From Escherichia coli (lineage in GTDB: Bacteria; Pseudomonadota; Gammaproteobacteria; Enterobacterales; Enterobacteriaceae), in the NCBI RefSeq assembly GCF_003334335.1, contig NZ_QOWQ01000005.1: a DNA stretch of 64,000 nucleotides. The stretch is one strand, 5' to 3'. Below are positions 1 to 11,312 of this stretch, piece after piece. Every line of letters begins with the position of its first letter. Within the stretch, counting starts at the first letter, position 1. The position numbers and the translations under genes were made by a program. The notes beneath the pieces were generated by a model. That model did not search any database. It was not told the DNA's origin and saw nothing but the letters and a program-made list of their open reading frames with translations.

Positions 1-33
1 AACGCCCTGAAAGCGGCGAATATCGATATTTAA
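1..33 (+). CDS. gyrB: DNA gyrase subunit B, 3' terminal fragment (last 10 codons, NALKAANIDI*)
   Basis: Frame 1 reads NALKAANIDI-stop, matching the recalled GyrB C-terminus; synteny with yidB downstream. Only 10 codons visible. Confidence 0.55.
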   Translation, partial: NALKAANIDI

Positions 34-54
34 TGGCGCTAACCATGCGAGCGT

Positions 55-155
55 GCCTGATGCGCTACGCTTATCAGGCCTACGAAAATCTTGCAATGTA
101 TTGAATTTTCATGATTTTGTAGGCCGGATAAGGCGTTCACGCCGCATCCGGCAAG
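55..155. repeat. REP/BIME-type palindromic elements (two inverted REP units)
   Basis: gcctgatgcgctacgcttatcaggcctac and gtaggccggataaggcgttcacgccgcatccggcaag, typical E. coli REP consensus in opposite orientations. Confidence 0.6.
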
Positions 156-168
156 AAGCTATAAGAAA

Positions 169-198
169 AGGGCGGAGATCATCTCCGCCCTTTTTATT
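169..198 (+). terminator. Rho-independent terminator downstream of gyrB
   Basis: GC stem gggcggagat/atctccgccc followed by a T-run. Confidence 0.6.
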
Positions 199-272
199 TC
201 TGCAATCCGCAATTATCATCCCGCAAATCTATACTTTTTGGGTCAACACGTAACGCTTTACAGGTGATTATC

Positions 273-671
273 ATGGGGCTTTTTGATGAAGTTGTCGGTG
301 CCTTTCTGAAAGGCGATGCGGGGAAATATCAGGCTATTTTAAGTTGGGTTGAGGAGCAGGGCGGCATTCAGGTGCTGCTGGAAAAACTGCAAAGTGGCGG
401 CTTAGGGGCCATTCTCTCAACCTGGCTGAGTAATCAACAGGGCAATCAATCGGTTAGTGGCGAGCAACTGGAATCGGCGCTCGGCACAAATGCGGTGTCC
501 GATCTCGGGCAAAAACTTGGCGTGGATACCAGTACAGCTTCCATTTTACTGGCAGAACAATTGCCGAAGATTATTGATGCGCTCTCACCGCAAGGTGAAG
601 TGTCACCACAAGCCAATAACGATCTGCTTTCCGCAGGCATGGAACTGCTGAAAGGGAAACTCTTCCGCTAA
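273..671 (+). CDS. yidB: DUF937 family protein YidB
   Basis: ORF 264..671; start placed at the ATG giving MGLFDEVVGAF (132 aa); synteny. Confidence 0.85.
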   Translation: MGLFDEVVGAFLKGDAGKYQAILSWVEEQGGIQVLLEKLQSGGLGAILSTWLSNQQGNQSVSGEQLESALGTNAVSDLGQKLGVDTSTASILLAEQLPKIIDALSPQGEVSPQANNDLLSAGMELLKGKLFR

Positions 672-785
672 GCAAAAAGGGAGCACGCAACGCGCGTTGC
701 ATCCCCCTTTTCCCTCGGGTGTTGTACTGATTTTTGAGCGGAATCGCGTTAGCATGGGTCAGGAACCAATCTACCTGGGGAACTC

Positions 786-1598
786 ATGGCTATTAAACTC
801 ATTGCTATCGATATGGATGGCACCCTTCTGCTGCCCGATCACACCATTTCACCCGCCGTTAAAAATGCGATTGCCGCAGCTCGCGCCCGTGGCGTGAATG
901 TCGTGCTAACGACGGGTCGCCCGTATGCAGGTGTGCACAACTACCTGAAAGAGCTGCATATGGAACAGCCGGGCGACTACTGCATTACTTATAACGGCGC
1001 GCTGGTACAGAAGGCCGCTGATGGTAGCACCGTGGCGCAAACTGCTCTCAGCTATGACGACTATCGTTTCCTGGAAAAACTCTCTCGCGAAGTCGGTTCT
1101 CATTTCCACGCCCTGGACCGCACCACGCTGTACACCGCCAACCGTGATATCAGCTACTACACGGTGCATGAATCCTTCGTTGCCACCATTCCGCTGGTGT
1201 TCTGCGAAGCGGAGAAAATGGACCCCAATACCCAGTTCCTGAAAGTGATGATGATTGATGAACCCGCCATCCTCGACCAGGCTATCGCGCGTATTCCGCA
1301 GGAAGTGAAAGAGAAATATACCGTGCTGAAAAGTGCGCCGTACTTCCTCGAAATCCTCGATAAACGCGTTAACAAAGGTACGGGGGTGAAATCACTGGCC
1401 GACGTGTTAGGTATTAAACCGGAAGAAATCATGGCGATTGGCGATCAGGAAAACGATATCGCAATGATTGAATATGCAGGCGTCGGTGTGGCGATGGATA
1501 ACGCTATTCCTTCAGTGAAAGAAGTGGCGAACTTTGTCACCAAATCTAACCTTGAAGATGGCGTGGCGTTTGCTATTGAGAAGTATGTGCTGAATTAA
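786..1598 (+). CDS. yidA: HAD-family sugar phosphatase YidA
   Basis: 270 aa ORF with HAD motifs (IAIDMDGTLL near the N-terminus, GDQENDI near the C-terminus); synteny. Confidence 0.9.
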   Translation: MAIKLIAIDMDGTLLLPDHTISPAVKNAIAAARARGVNVVLTTGRPYAGVHNYLKELHMEQPGDYCITYNGALVQKAADGSTVAQTALSYDDYRFLEKLSREVGSHFHALDRTTLYTANRDISYYTVHESFVATIPLVFCEAEKMDPNTQFLKVMMIDEPAILDQAIARIPQEVKEKYTVLKSAPYFLEILDKRVNKGTGVKSLADVLGIKPEEIMAIGDQENDIAMIEYAGVGVAMDNAIPSVKEVANFVTKSNLEDGVAFAIEKYVLN

Positions 1599-1603
1599 TC
1601 TGT

Positions 1604-1637
1604 GGGCGGGCAAACAGCATAAACGCGTTTGCCCGCT
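1604..1637. terminator. Bidirectional hairpin between convergent yidA and yidX
   Basis: gggcgggcaaac ... gtttgcccgc inverted repeat. Confidence 0.5.
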
Positions 1638-1643
1638 TACTGA

Positions 1644-2300
1644 TTATTGGTTTACTGCATATACAACCAGAAATTGCAGCGGTGCAGTAATGATGTCCAG
1701 CGTAACAGTCACTGGCAGTAATGCTGCGGAAACACCATCCGGAATGCCTCTGGGTGAATAGTATTCATAAAATCGCACTTTAAATGGATGGTAGAACGCC
1801 ATCACCTTTGAGTAATCCATGTTTTTATTTTTCTCATGGATTGTGCCTTTTAGGTTTTCCAGTGACCTGGTACAGTGTTGAACACCACAGGCAAAACCAT
1901 AATGCGTTGCCAGTGCCTTTTCTTCTTCGTTATTCCAGTAGTAGTAAAGCGATATTGTGCCGGTAAATTTCTTTTTCCCCGCATTTAAAACAAATCTTGC
2001 GTCATCGGCAACCTGAATATTGTGCCGGTTAAGTGCTGGATCATTGAGCATCTTAACGATGTCATCGGCACCATCAGTGATAAGGTAATCCAGCGATTCC
2101 CCTACAAAAACATAGCCTTTTGTTCCATTACTATCTTTTGCCTGCGATAGCCCAGTGATGGTGTCTGACTGCGATTGATACTTTCCTGAACTACCCTTTG
2201 CGGTATGGGAAACCAGAGCATACGAGATACAGCCTGAAAGCATCAGCGCCAGTGGGAATAAACCGGCAGCCTTAAAAAATCCCTTAAAATTCAACTTCAT
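1644..2300 (-). CDS. yidX: Lipoprotein YidX
   Basis: ORF 1644..2417; start taken at internal Met MKLNFKG with signal peptide and lipobox LSGC (218 aa). Confidence 0.8.
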
Positions 2301-2437
2301 GATTAATCCTTTAAACGAGTAGCTAAGCCGTTGAAAGCATACTCTTCTTTCCCTCCTGTTTAGCGCCTGATATCCCTTTTCAGATTTCTGCCCGACGCAT
2401 GTCATTTTTTTATGCATTGTTCTTTTTGTGATCTAAA

Positions 2438-2513
2438 TTGTAGTACAACAATATAAGTTTGTACTACATTACACGCACGGCAAACGCGAACGTCATCACG
2501 CTGGTACTACAAA
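2438..2513. promoter_or_regulatory. Putative DgoR operator repeats in the dgo promoter region
   Basis: Three near-identical dyad elements ttgtagtacaa, ttgtactacat, tggtactacaaa upstream of dgoR. Confidence 0.55.
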
Positions 2514-2577
2514 GTTGCCGCGTTATGCATCGATCGGGGTAAAGTAGAGAAGAACATACAGAGCACAAGGACTCTCC

Positions 2578-3267
2578 ATGACTCTCAATAAAACCGATCG
2601 CATTGTCATTACGCTGGGTAAACAGATCGTTCACGGCAAATACGTGCCAGGCTCGCCGCTTCCGGCTGAGGCGGAACTCTGTGAGGAGTTTGCAACCTCG
2701 CGCAACATCATCCGTGAGGTGTTCCGTTCGCTGATGGCGAAGCGGCTGATTGAAATGAAACGTTATCGCGGGGCGTTTGTGGCACCGCGTAACCAGTGGA
2801 ATTACCTCGACACTGACGTACTGCAATGGGTGCTGGAAAATGACTACGACCCACGGCTTATCAGTGCCATGAGCGAAGTGCGAAATCTGGTGGAACCGGC
2901 GATTGCCCGTTGGGCAGCAGAGCGCGCGACTTCCAGCGATCTGGCGCAGATTGAATCGGCGCTGAACGAGATGATTGCCAACAATCAGGACCGCGAAGCG
3001 TTTAACGAAGCGGATATTCGCTACCACGAGGCGGTGCTGCAGTCGGTGCATAACCCGGTGTTACAGCAACTTAGCATTGCGATCAGTTCGCTGCAGCGGG
3101 CGGTTTTTGAACGAACCTGGATGGGCGATGAGGCCAACATGCCGCAAACGCTCCAGGAACATAAGGCGCTGTTCGATGCGATACGACATCAGGACGGCGA
3201 TGCGGCAGAGCAGGCGGCGCTTACCATGATCGCCAGCTCGACACGAAGGTTAAAGGAAATCACATGA
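2578..3267 (+). CDS. dgoR: GntR-family repressor of D-galactonate catabolism
   Basis: 229 aa with N-terminal wHTH and FCD-type domain; first gene of dgoRKADT. Confidence 0.9.
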   Translation: MTLNKTDRIVITLGKQIVHGKYVPGSPLPAEAELCEEFATSRNIIREVFRSLMAKRLIEMKRYRGAFVAPRNQWNYLDTDVLQWVLENDYDPRLISAMSEVRNLVEPAIARWAAERATSSDLAQIESALNEMIANNQDREAFNEADIRYHEAVLQSVHNPVLQQLSIAISSLQRAVFERTWMGDEANMPQTLQEHKALFDAIRHQDGDAAEQAALTMIASSTRRLKEIT

Positions 3268-4142
3268 CAGCTCGCTACATCGCAATTGACTGGGGATCGA
3301 CCAATCTGCGCGCCTGGCTTTATCAGGGCGACCACTGCCTGGAGAGCAGGCAATCAGAAGCAGGCGTCACGCGCCTGAACGGAAAATCTCCGGCTGCGGT
3401 GTTAGCAGAAGTCACGACCGACTGGCGTGAAGAGAAAACGCCAGTGGTAATGGCAGGAATGGTTGGCAGCAACGTCGGCTGGAAAGTTGCACCGTATTTA
3501 TCTGTTCCTGCCTGTTTTTCGTCTATTGGCGAACAATTAACGTCAGTTGGCGACAATATCTGGATTATTCCCGGATTATGTGTCTCTCATGACGATAACC
3601 ACAATGTGATGCGCGGCGAAGAAACACAATTGATCGGCGCGCGAGCTCTGGCTCCTTCCTCTCTTTATGTCATGCCCGGAACCCATTGCAAATGGGTGCA
3701 GGCCGATAGCCAGCAAATCAACGATTTTCGCACCGTGATGACCGGTGAATTACATCATTTACTGTTAAATCACTCATTGATTGGCGCAGGTTTGCCGCCG
3801 CAGGAAAACTCTGCCGATGCCTTCACAGCTGGCCTTGAGCGTGGTCTTAATACGCCCGCCATATTGCCGCAGCTTTTTGAAGTTCGCGCCTCGCATGTGC
3901 TGGGAACACTTCCCCGCGAACAGGTCAGCGAATTTCTCTCTGGTTTGTTGATTGGCGCAGAGGTCGCCAGTATGCGCGACTATGTGGCCCATCAACACGC
4001 CATCACCCTTGTCGCCGGAACATCGCTGACCGCGCGCTACCAGCAAGCCTTTCAGGCGATGGGTTGCGACGTGACGGCGGTGGCGGGCGACACGGCATTT
4101 CAGGCTGGTATAAGGAGCATCGCTCATGCAGTGGCAAACTAA
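3264..4142 (+). CDS. dgoK: 2-dehydro-3-deoxygalactonokinase
   Basis: 292 aa, start overlaps dgoR stop (ATGA); operon context. Confidence 0.9.
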   Translation: MTARYIAIDWGSTNLRAWLYQGDHCLESRQSEAGVTRLNGKSPAAVLAEVTTDWREEKTPVVMAGMVGSNVGWKVAPYLSVPACFSSIGEQLTSVGDNIWIIPGLCVSHDDNHNVMRGEETQLIGARALAPSSLYVMPGTHCKWVQADSQQINDFRTVMTGELHHLLLNHSLIGAGLPPQENSADAFTAGLERGLNTPAILPQLFEVRASHVLGTLPREQVSEFLSGLLIGAEVASMRDYVAHQHAITLVAGTSLTARYQQAFQAMGCDVTAVAGDTAFQAGIRSIAHAVAN

Positions 4143-4743
4143 ACTCCCGCTGATCGCCATTTTGCGCGGTATTACGCCCGACGAGGCGCTGGCGCATGTT
4201 GGCGCGGTGATTGACGCCGGGTTCGACGCGGTTGAAATCCCGCTGAATTCCCCACAATGGGAGCAAAGCATTCCCGCCATCGTTGATGCGTACGGCGACA
4301 AGGCGTTGATTGGCGCAGGTACGGTACTGAAACCTGAACAGGTCGATGCGCTCGCCAGGATGAGCTGTCAGCTCATCGTTACGCCCAATATCCATAGTGA
4401 AGTGATCCGCCGTGCGGTGGGCTACGGCATGACCGTCTGCCCCGGCTGCGCGACGGCGACCGAAGCCTTTACCGCGCTCGAAGCGGGCGCGCAGGCGCTG
4501 AAAATATTTCCGTCATCGGCTTTTGGTCCGCAATACATCAAAGCGTTAAAAGCGGTATTGCCATCGGACATCGCAGTCTTTGCCGTTGGCGGCGTGACGC
4601 CAGAAAACCTGGCGCAGTGGATAGACGCAGGTTGTGCAGGGGCGGGCTTAGGCAGCGATCTCTATCGCGCCGGGCAATCCGTAGAGCGCACCGCGCAGCA
4701 GGCAGCAGCATTTGTTAAGGCGTATCGAGAGGCAGTGCAATGA
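4126..4743 (+). CDS. dgoA: 2-dehydro-3-deoxy-6-phosphogalactonate aldolase
   Basis: 205 aa KDPGal aldolase family; overlaps dgoK end. Confidence 0.9.
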   Translation: MQWQTKLPLIAILRGITPDEALAHVGAVIDAGFDAVEIPLNSPQWEQSIPAIVDAYGDKALIGAGTVLKPEQVDALARMSCQLIVTPNIHSEVIRRAVGYGMTVCPGCATATEAFTALEAGAQALKIFPSSAFGPQYIKALKAVLPSDIAVFAVGGVTPENLAQWIDAGCAGAGLGSDLYRAGQSVERTAQQAAAFVKAYREAVQ

Positions 4744-5888
4744 AAATCACCAAAATTACCACGTATCGTTTACCTCCCCGCTGGATGTTCCTGAAAATTG
4801 AAACCGATGAAGGCGTGGTCGGTTGGGGCGAGCCCGTGATCGAAGGCCGCGCCCGTACGGTGGAAGCGGCAGTTCACGAGCTGGGTGACTATTTGATTGG
4901 TCAGGATCCATCGCGCATCAATGACTTATGGCAAGTGATGTATCGCGCCGGATTCTATCGCGGCGGTCCGATCCTGATGAGCGCCATCGCCGGGATTGAC
5001 CAGGCGTTATGGGATATCAAAGGTAAAGTGCTGAATGCGTCGGTCTGGCAACTGATGGGCGGCCTGGTTCGCGACAAAATTAAAGCCTACAGTTGGGTTG
5101 GCGGCGATCGTCCGGCGGATGTTATCGACGGCATTAAAACGCTACGCGAAATCGGCTTCGATACCTTCAAACTGAACGGTTGTGAAGAACTGGGGCTAAT
5201 TGATAACTCCCGCGCGGTAGATGCGGCGGTTAACACCGTGGCACAAATTCGTGAAGCTTTTGGCAATCAGATTGAGTTTGGTCTTGATTTCCACGGTCGC
5301 GTCAGCGCGCCGATGGCGAAAGTGCTGATTAAAGAACTGGAGCCGTATCGCCCGCTGTTTATTGAGGAGCCGGTGCTGGCGGAACAAGCCGAATACTACC
5401 CGAAACTGGCGGCACAAACGCATATTCCACTGGCGGCGGGTGAACGCATGTTCTCACGCTTCGATTTTAAACGCGTGCTGGAGGCAGGTGGTATTTCGAT
5501 TCTGCAACCGGATCTCTCCCACGCGGGCGGTATTACCGAATGCTACAAAATCGCCGGAATGGCAGAAGCCTATGACGTGACCCTTGCGCCGCACTGTCCG
5601 CTCGGACCGATTGCACTGGCGGCTTGCCTGCATATCGACTTTGTTTCCTATAACGCCGTACTTCAGGAACAAAGTATGGGAATTCATTACAACAAAGGCG
5701 CGGAGTTACTCGACTTTGTGAAAAACAAAGAAGACTTCAGCATGGTCGGCGGCTTCTTTAAACCGTTAACGAAACCGGGCTTAGGCGTGGAAATCGACGA
5801 AGCTAAAGTGATTGAGTTCAGTAAAAATGCCCCGGACTGGCGTAATCCGCTCTGGCGTCATGAAGATAACAGCGTAGCAGAGTGGTAA
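4740..5888 (+). CDS. dgoD: D-galactonate dehydratase (enolase superfamily)
   Basis: 382 aa; ATGA overlap with dgoA. Confidence 0.95.
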   Translation: MKITKITTYRLPPRWMFLKIETDEGVVGWGEPVIEGRARTVEAAVHELGDYLIGQDPSRINDLWQVMYRAGFYRGGPILMSAIAGIDQALWDIKGKVLNASVWQLMGGLVRDKIKAYSWVGGDRPADVIDGIKTLREIGFDTFKLNGCEELGLIDNSRAVDAAVNTVAQIREAFGNQIEFGLDFHGRVSAPMAKVLIKELEPYRPLFIEEPVLAEQAEYYPKLAAQTHIPLAAGERMFSRFDFKRVLEAGGISILQPDLSHAGGITECYKIAGMAEAYDVTLAPHCPLGPIALAACLHIDFVSYNAVLQEQSMGIHYNKGAELLDFVKNKEDFSMVGGFFKPLTKPGLGVEIDEAKVIEFSKNAPDWRNPLWRHEDNSVAEW

Positions 5889-6007
5889 TTCCTGCCACGT
5901 AAGCCCCTCATCGGGCACTAAAACAGCAATACAAAAATATAACCCTCTGTAAATTACAGGGCATGGTGAGCGGCTTCGCTATGCCCAAAATCTGGAGAAA
6001 GCTCGCT

Positions 6008-7300
6008 ATGGATATTCCCGTTAATGCAGCAAAGCCGGGGCGTCGGCGTTATCTGACGCTGGTGATGATCTTTATTACGGTAGTCATTTGTTATGTCGAC
6101 CGCGCCAACCTGGCCGTGGCTTCCGCCCATATTCAGGAAGAGTTCGGCATTACCAAAGCGGAAATGGGCTATGTATTTTCGGCCTTCGCCTGGCTTTATA
6201 CGCTATGTCAGATCCCCGGCGGTTGGTTTTTAGATCGCGTAGGTTCTCGCGTGACTTATTTTATTGCGATATTTGGCTGGTCAGTGGCGACTTTATTCCA
6301 GGGCTTTGCCACGGGCTTAATGTCATTAATTGGTCTGCGCGCGATAACCGGTATTTTCGAAGCGCCTGCTTTCCCGACCAATAACCGGATGGTGACCAGC
6401 TGGTTCCCGGAACATGAACGCGCTTCTGCCGTTGGTTTTTATACGTCTGGTCAGTTTGTCGGTCTGGCGTTTCTGACGCCGCTGCTGATCTGGATTCAGG
6501 AGATGTTGAGCTGGCACTGGGTGTTCATTGTCACTGGTGGTATCGGCATTATCTGGTCGCTGATTTGGTTTAAGGTTTATCAGCCGCCGCGCCTGACCAA
6601 AGGTATCAGCAAAGCTGAACTGGATTACATTCGTGATGGCGGCGGTCTGGTGGATGGTGATGCGCCGGTGAAGAAAGAGGCGCGTCAGCCGTTAACAGCC
6701 AAAGACTGGAAACTGGTGTTCCATCGTAAACTGATCGGCGTTTATCTTGGGCAATTTGCGGTGGCTTCTACACTGTGGTTTTTCTTAACCTGGTTCCCGA
6801 ACTATTTAACCCAGGAAAAAGGAATCACGGCGCTGAAAGCAGGCTTTATGACCACGGTGCCATTCCTCGCGGCGTTTGTCGGCGTCCTGCTCTCTGGCTG
6901 GGTAGCGGATCTGCTGGTACGTAAGGGCTTTTCACTGGGCTTTGCGCGTAAAACGCCGATTATCTGCGGCTTGCTGATCTCCACCTGCATTATGGGCGCT
7001 AACTACACTAACGATCCGATGATGATTATGTGCCTGATGGCGCTGGCATTCTTCGGTAACGGTTTTGCTTCGATTACCTGGTCGCTGGTTTCTTCTCTGG
7101 CACCGATGCGCCTGATTGGTTTAACCGGCGGCGTGTTTAACTTCGCCGGTGGTCTGGGCGGCATCACCGTTCCGCTGGTGGTGGGGTACCTGGCGCAGGG
7201 TTACGGTTTCGCACCTGCACTGGTTTATATCTCCGCCGTCGCGTTGATTGGCGCGCTCTCTTATATCCTGCTGGTGGGCGATGTGAAGCGCGTTGGCTAA
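6008..7300 (+). CDS. dgoT: D-galactonate:H+ symporter (MFS)
   Basis: ORF 5963..7300; start taken at [11 protein letters not shown] (430 aa); MFS topology. Confidence 0.9.
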
Positions 7301-8361
7301 TCCTTCAACTGTGGAATATGTGCCACACCACTGCGCATAATCCACTTTCTTAAAGCCGGTGCGGTCAGGCATCGGCTTTTTACTATCTTGCCGAAGAGTT
7401 TTAAACGCAGTTTGCGGGTGGCGCGCCAGTAAGCGGTATTGAGCTTCTCTGGCTGCTTCAGTAACACCGAACGCAGAATGTCTGTGCTATCCAGCGCATA
7501 GCTAATCCCCTCCAGCGAGCTGGCGCTGATAAATCCCGCCGCTTCACCAATCAGAAAGGCGTTGTCCTTACCGCAGACAAAATCCTGCCAGCGCGAGGGA
7601 AACAGCACCGTGCATTTTTCGCTTTTCACCGTCTTACCAAACTGGAACTGAAAGGCGCTCATTTTCTCTTTCAGCGTCGTGAAACGCGTCTGACCGTCTT
7701 TCATTGGATAGGCACCGCCAAAGATAAAATAACCGTCTTTGCTGATACTCCATGAATAACAGTTAGTTATCGAATTATCAAAGATGCAGGAGTAGAACGG
7801 CACCGGATGTTTCTCCGCGAACCACTGCTGGATAGCGACATATTTACGGATTTGATGATCCGGGTAGAGATGTCGCCGCACCATCGAGTTTGCGCCATCG
7901 GCACCGACCAGATAGCGGGCGGTAATATGTTGCTCCCAGCCGTCTGCACGAAAAATGACATGCCATTTATCATCCTCACGCCAGATTTTTCGGCACAGGC
8001 TGTCGTGATAAACCTCAACGCTGGCGGGGATCAGCGATTTCATCCACAAGTCGAAAGCATGGCGATTAATATTGATATAGCTTCGCTGGTAGTTACGCGT
8101 GAGCGATGCGGCGACGTCGACGGTTTTGACGCTGAAAATCTGCGGATTAGCGATCACATCGACAGGAAGCGTCAGCCCATCGCGAATAAAAGATCGCTGC
8201 GCGTCCGGTGCCAGCAGACCGCCGCAGGGTTTGCTGAAACCTTCAGTACCACACTGGTGCTTTTTATCCAGCGCGATCACCTGCATTTTGCCTGCTAACT
8301 TTCGTGCCAACGCCGATCCTGCCGGGCCGAGGCCAATAATCGCCACGTCGAAATGTTCCAT
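7297..8361 (-). CDS. cbrA: FAD-binding oxidoreductase-like protein CbrA (colicin E2 tolerance)
   Basis: N-terminal dinucleotide-binding motif [14 protein letters not shown]; 354 aa from [10 protein letters not shown]. Confidence 0.85.
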
Positions 8362-8425
8362 CTTTTCACTCACATTCATCACGATGGCAAAAGACTATTG
8401 TCTGAAAGTGAAGTCCTTGTGAAGT

Positions 8426-9676
8426 ATGATGGCGGGACCCGTTTTGTATCAGGACCGCGCCATGAAACAGATAACCTTTGCTCCCCGTAATCACCTGCTC
8501 ACCAATACCAATACCTGGACGCCCGACAGCCAGTGGCTGGTATTTGACGTGCGTCCTTCTGGCGCGTCGTTTACCGGCGAGACCATTGAGCGTGTGAATA
8601 TCCATACCGGCGAGGTCGAGGTTATCTATCGCGCGTCACAGGGCGCACACGTCGGCGTGGTGACCGTTCATCCGAAGTCAGAGAAATATGTTTTCATCCA
8701 CGGCCCGGAAAATCCTGATGAAACATGGCATTACGACTTCCATCATCGGCGCGGAGTGATTGTTGAAGGCGGCAAGATGAGTAACCTTGATGCGATGGAT
8801 ATTACCGCGCCGTATACGCCAGGAGTGCTGCGCGGCGGCAGCCATGTGCATGTCTTTAGCCCGAACGGTGAAAGGGTGAGCTTTACCTATAACGACCATG
8901 TAATGCATGAACTCGATCCGGCGCTGGATTTGCGAAACGTCGGTGTTGCTGCGCCGTTTGGCCCGGTCAACGTACAAAAGCAGCATCCGCGTGAATACAG
9001 CGGTAGCCACTGGTGCGTGCTGGTGAGCAAAACCACGCCCACGCCACAGCCTGGCAGTGATGAAATCAATCGTGCTTATGAAGAAGGATGGGTAGGAAAT
9101 CACGCGCTGGCATTTATTGGCGACACACTTTCGCCAAAGGGCGAGAAAGTGCCGGAGCTGTTTATCGTTGAGTTACCGCAAGATGAAGCTGGCTGGAAAG
9201 CGGCAGGTGATGCGCCGTTAAGCGGAACGGAAACAACCCTGCCCGCGCCACCGCGTGGCGTCGTGCAGCGACGTTTAACCTTTACCCACCATCGGGCTTA
9301 TCCGGGGTTAGTCAACGTCCCGCGCCACTGGGTGCGCTGTAATCCGCAGGGTACACAAATCGCGTTTTTAATGCGAGATGATAACGGCATTGTGCAACTG
9401 TGGCTTATCTCGCCACAGGGCGGCGAGCCGCGCCAGTTAACCCATAACAAAACGGATATTCAGTCTGCATTTAACTGGCATCCGTCAGGAGAATGGTTGG
9501 GCTTTGTGCTGGATAATCGAATTGCTTGTGCCCATGCGCAAAGCGGCGAGGTTGAGTATTTAACCGAACACCACGCCAATTCACCTTCTGCGGACGCCGT
9601 GGTCTTCTCGCCGGATGGTCAGTGGCTGGCGTGGATGGAAGGCGGCCAGCTGTGGATCACCGAAACTGATCGCTAA
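8426..9676 (+). CDS. yidR: DUF3748 beta-propeller-like protein YidR
   Basis: 416 aa ORF; synteny. Confidence 0.8.
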   Translation: MMAGPVLYQDRAMKQITFAPRNHLLTNTNTWTPDSQWLVFDVRPSGASFTGETIERVNIHTGEVEVIYRASQGAHVGVVTVHPKSEKYVFIHGPENPDETWHYDFHHRRGVIVEGGKMSNLDAMDITAPYTPGVLRGGSHVHVFSPNGERVSFTYNDHVMHELDPALDLRNVGVAAPFGPVNVQKQHPREYSGSHWCVLVSKTTPTPQPGSDEINRAYEEGWVGNHALAFIGDTLSPKGEKVPELFIVELPQDEAGWKAAGDAPLSGTETTLPAPPRGVVQRRLTFTHHRAYPGLVNVPRHWVRCNPQGTQIAFLMRDDNGIVQLWLISPQGGEPRQLTHNKTDIQSAFNWHPSGEWLGFVLDNRIACAHAQSGEVEYLTEHHANSPSADAVVFSPDGQWLAWMEGGQLWITETDR

Positions 9677-9677
9677 A

Positions 9678-10010
9678 TCAGTTATCAGGCATTCTGGCCG
9701 GTGGAATAACCGCATTGGTGGCTTGCGCGTTGGCTTCGCTTTTTTCAACGCGCGAGCGCACCGAGCTGTCTTTGCGGAACACATCCCACGGCAGTAAAAG
9801 CGTGTCCATCACAGCGGTAAACGGCATATCGAGAATCGCCAGCGACTTAGTGCCCCAGTTGGTTTCATCGTCGCCAATCATGGTTGCGCTGGCGCGGGTG
9901 CCGGGATACGTTCCTTCTTTCCCTCCGGTATGGGACATCACGCTGGAGCATCCTCCGAGTAATGTCATTCCGCTGCATATCATGAACGCTAACAACACAT
10001 TTCTTATCAT
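9678..10010 (-). CDS. yidQ: Lipoprotein YidQ (DUF1375)
   Basis: ORF 9678..10085; start at MIRNVLLAFMICSGMTLLGGC (signal peptide with lipobox), 110 aa. Confidence 0.75.
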   Translation of the reverse strand: MIRNVLLAFMICSGMTLLGGCSSVMSHTGGKEGTYPGTRASATMIGDDETNWGTKSLAILDMPFTAVMDTLLLPWDVFRKDSSVRSRVEKSEANAQATNAVIPPARMPDN

Positions 10011-10184
10011 AATAAATTCATCTGTTGATCGTGGGTGTTGGCCTGATGAGTTATAGCGATCCCTTGCTGAAAATAACATCATCATTACGTCGCACTGTGG
10101 CGGCTATCGCACTTTAACGTTTCGTGCTGCCCCCTCAGTCTATGCAATAGACCATAAACTGCAAAAAAAAGTCCGCTGATAAGG

Positions 10185-10214
10185 CTTGAAAAGTTCATTT
10201 CCAGACCCATTTTT
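10185..10214 (+). promoter_or_regulatory. Sigma-32 heat-shock promoter of ibpA
   Basis: CTTGAAA -35 and CCCATTTT -10 separated by 15 nt, matching the sigma-32 consensus. Confidence 0.6.
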
Positions 10215-10220
10215 ACATCG

Positions 10221-10315
10221 TAGCCGATGAGGACGCGCCTGATGGGTGTTCTGGCTACCTGACCTGTCCATTGTGGAAGGTCTTACATTCTCGCTGATTT
10301 CAGGAGCTATTGATT
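10221..10315 (+). promoter_or_regulatory. ibpA 5' UTR, candidate ROSE-like RNA thermometer
   Basis: About 95-nt leader between heat-shock promoter and start codon; thermometer assigned from established ibpA biology, structure not folded here. Confidence 0.45.
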
Positions 10316-10729
10316 ATGCGTAACTTTGATTTATCCCCGCTTTACCGTTCTGCTATTGGATTTGACCGTTTGTTTAACCACTTAGAAAACAACCAGAGCC
10401 AGAGTAATGGCGGCTACCCTCCGTATAACGTTGAACTGGTAGACGAAAACCATTACCGCATTGCTATCGCTGTGGCTGGTTTTGCTGAGAGCGAACTGGA
10501 AATTACCGCCCAGGATAATCTGCTGGTGGTGAAAGGTGCTCACGCCGACGAACAAAAAGAGCGCACCTATCTGTACCAGGGCATCGCTGAACGCAACTTT
10601 GAACGCAAATTCCAGTTAGCTGAGAACATTCATGTTCGTGGTGCTAACCTGGTAAATGGTTTGCTGTATATCGATCTCGAACGCGTGATTCCGGAAGCGA
10701 AAAAACCGCGCCGTATCGAAATCAACTAA
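10316..10729 (+). CDS. ibpA: Small heat shock protein IbpA
   Basis: [17 protein letters not shown]..., alpha-crystallin domain, 137 aa. Confidence 0.95.
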
Positions 10730-10840
10730 TTCCCTAAGGCCGCCTGGCGCGGCCTGACATCTCCATGCTCGCCGTCAGGGAGCATATGCGAATCTTCGGA
10801 TTTGCAGGTACTTACTCGCTTCTTAGAAGGAGAAATGACT

Positions 10841-11269
10841 ATGCGTAACTTCGATTTATCCCCACTGATGCGTCAATGGATCGGTTTTGACAAACTGGCC
10901 AACGCACTGCAAAACGCCGGTGAAAGCCAGAGCTTCCCGCCGTACAACATTGAGAAAAGCGACGATAACCACTACCGCATTACCCTTGCGCTGGCAGGTT
11001 TCCGTCAGGAAGATTTAGAGATTCAACTGGAAGGTACGCGCCTGAGCGTAAAAGGCACGCCGGAGCAGCCAAAAGAAGAGAAAAAATGGCTGCATCAAGG
11101 GCTTATGAATCAGCCATTTAGCCTGAGCTTTACGCTGGCTGAAAATATGGAAGTCTCTGGCGCAACCTTCGTAAACGGTTTACTGCATATTGATTTAATT
11201 CGTAATGAGCCTGAACCCATCGCAGCGCAGCGTATCGCTATCAGCGAACGTCCCGCGTTAAATAGCTAA
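10841..11269 (+). CDS. ibpB: Small heat shock protein IbpB
   Basis: [17 protein letters not shown]..., paralogue of IbpA, 142 aa; SD aaggag upstream. Confidence 0.95.
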
Positions 11270-11282
11270 CTAGCTATTCTCT

Positions 11283-11312
11283 TTGCCCCGCCATTCTGGT
11301 GGGGCTTTTTTT
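11283..11312 (+). terminator. Rho-independent terminator of ibpAB
   Basis: gccccgcc...ggtggggc stem followed by T7. Confidence 0.55.

Noticed and set aside
53-253. 66-aa ORF downstream of gyrB
   Set aside because: It lies across REP palindromes and the gyrB terminator, uses a GTG start with no SD, and has low-complexity Arg-rich composition.
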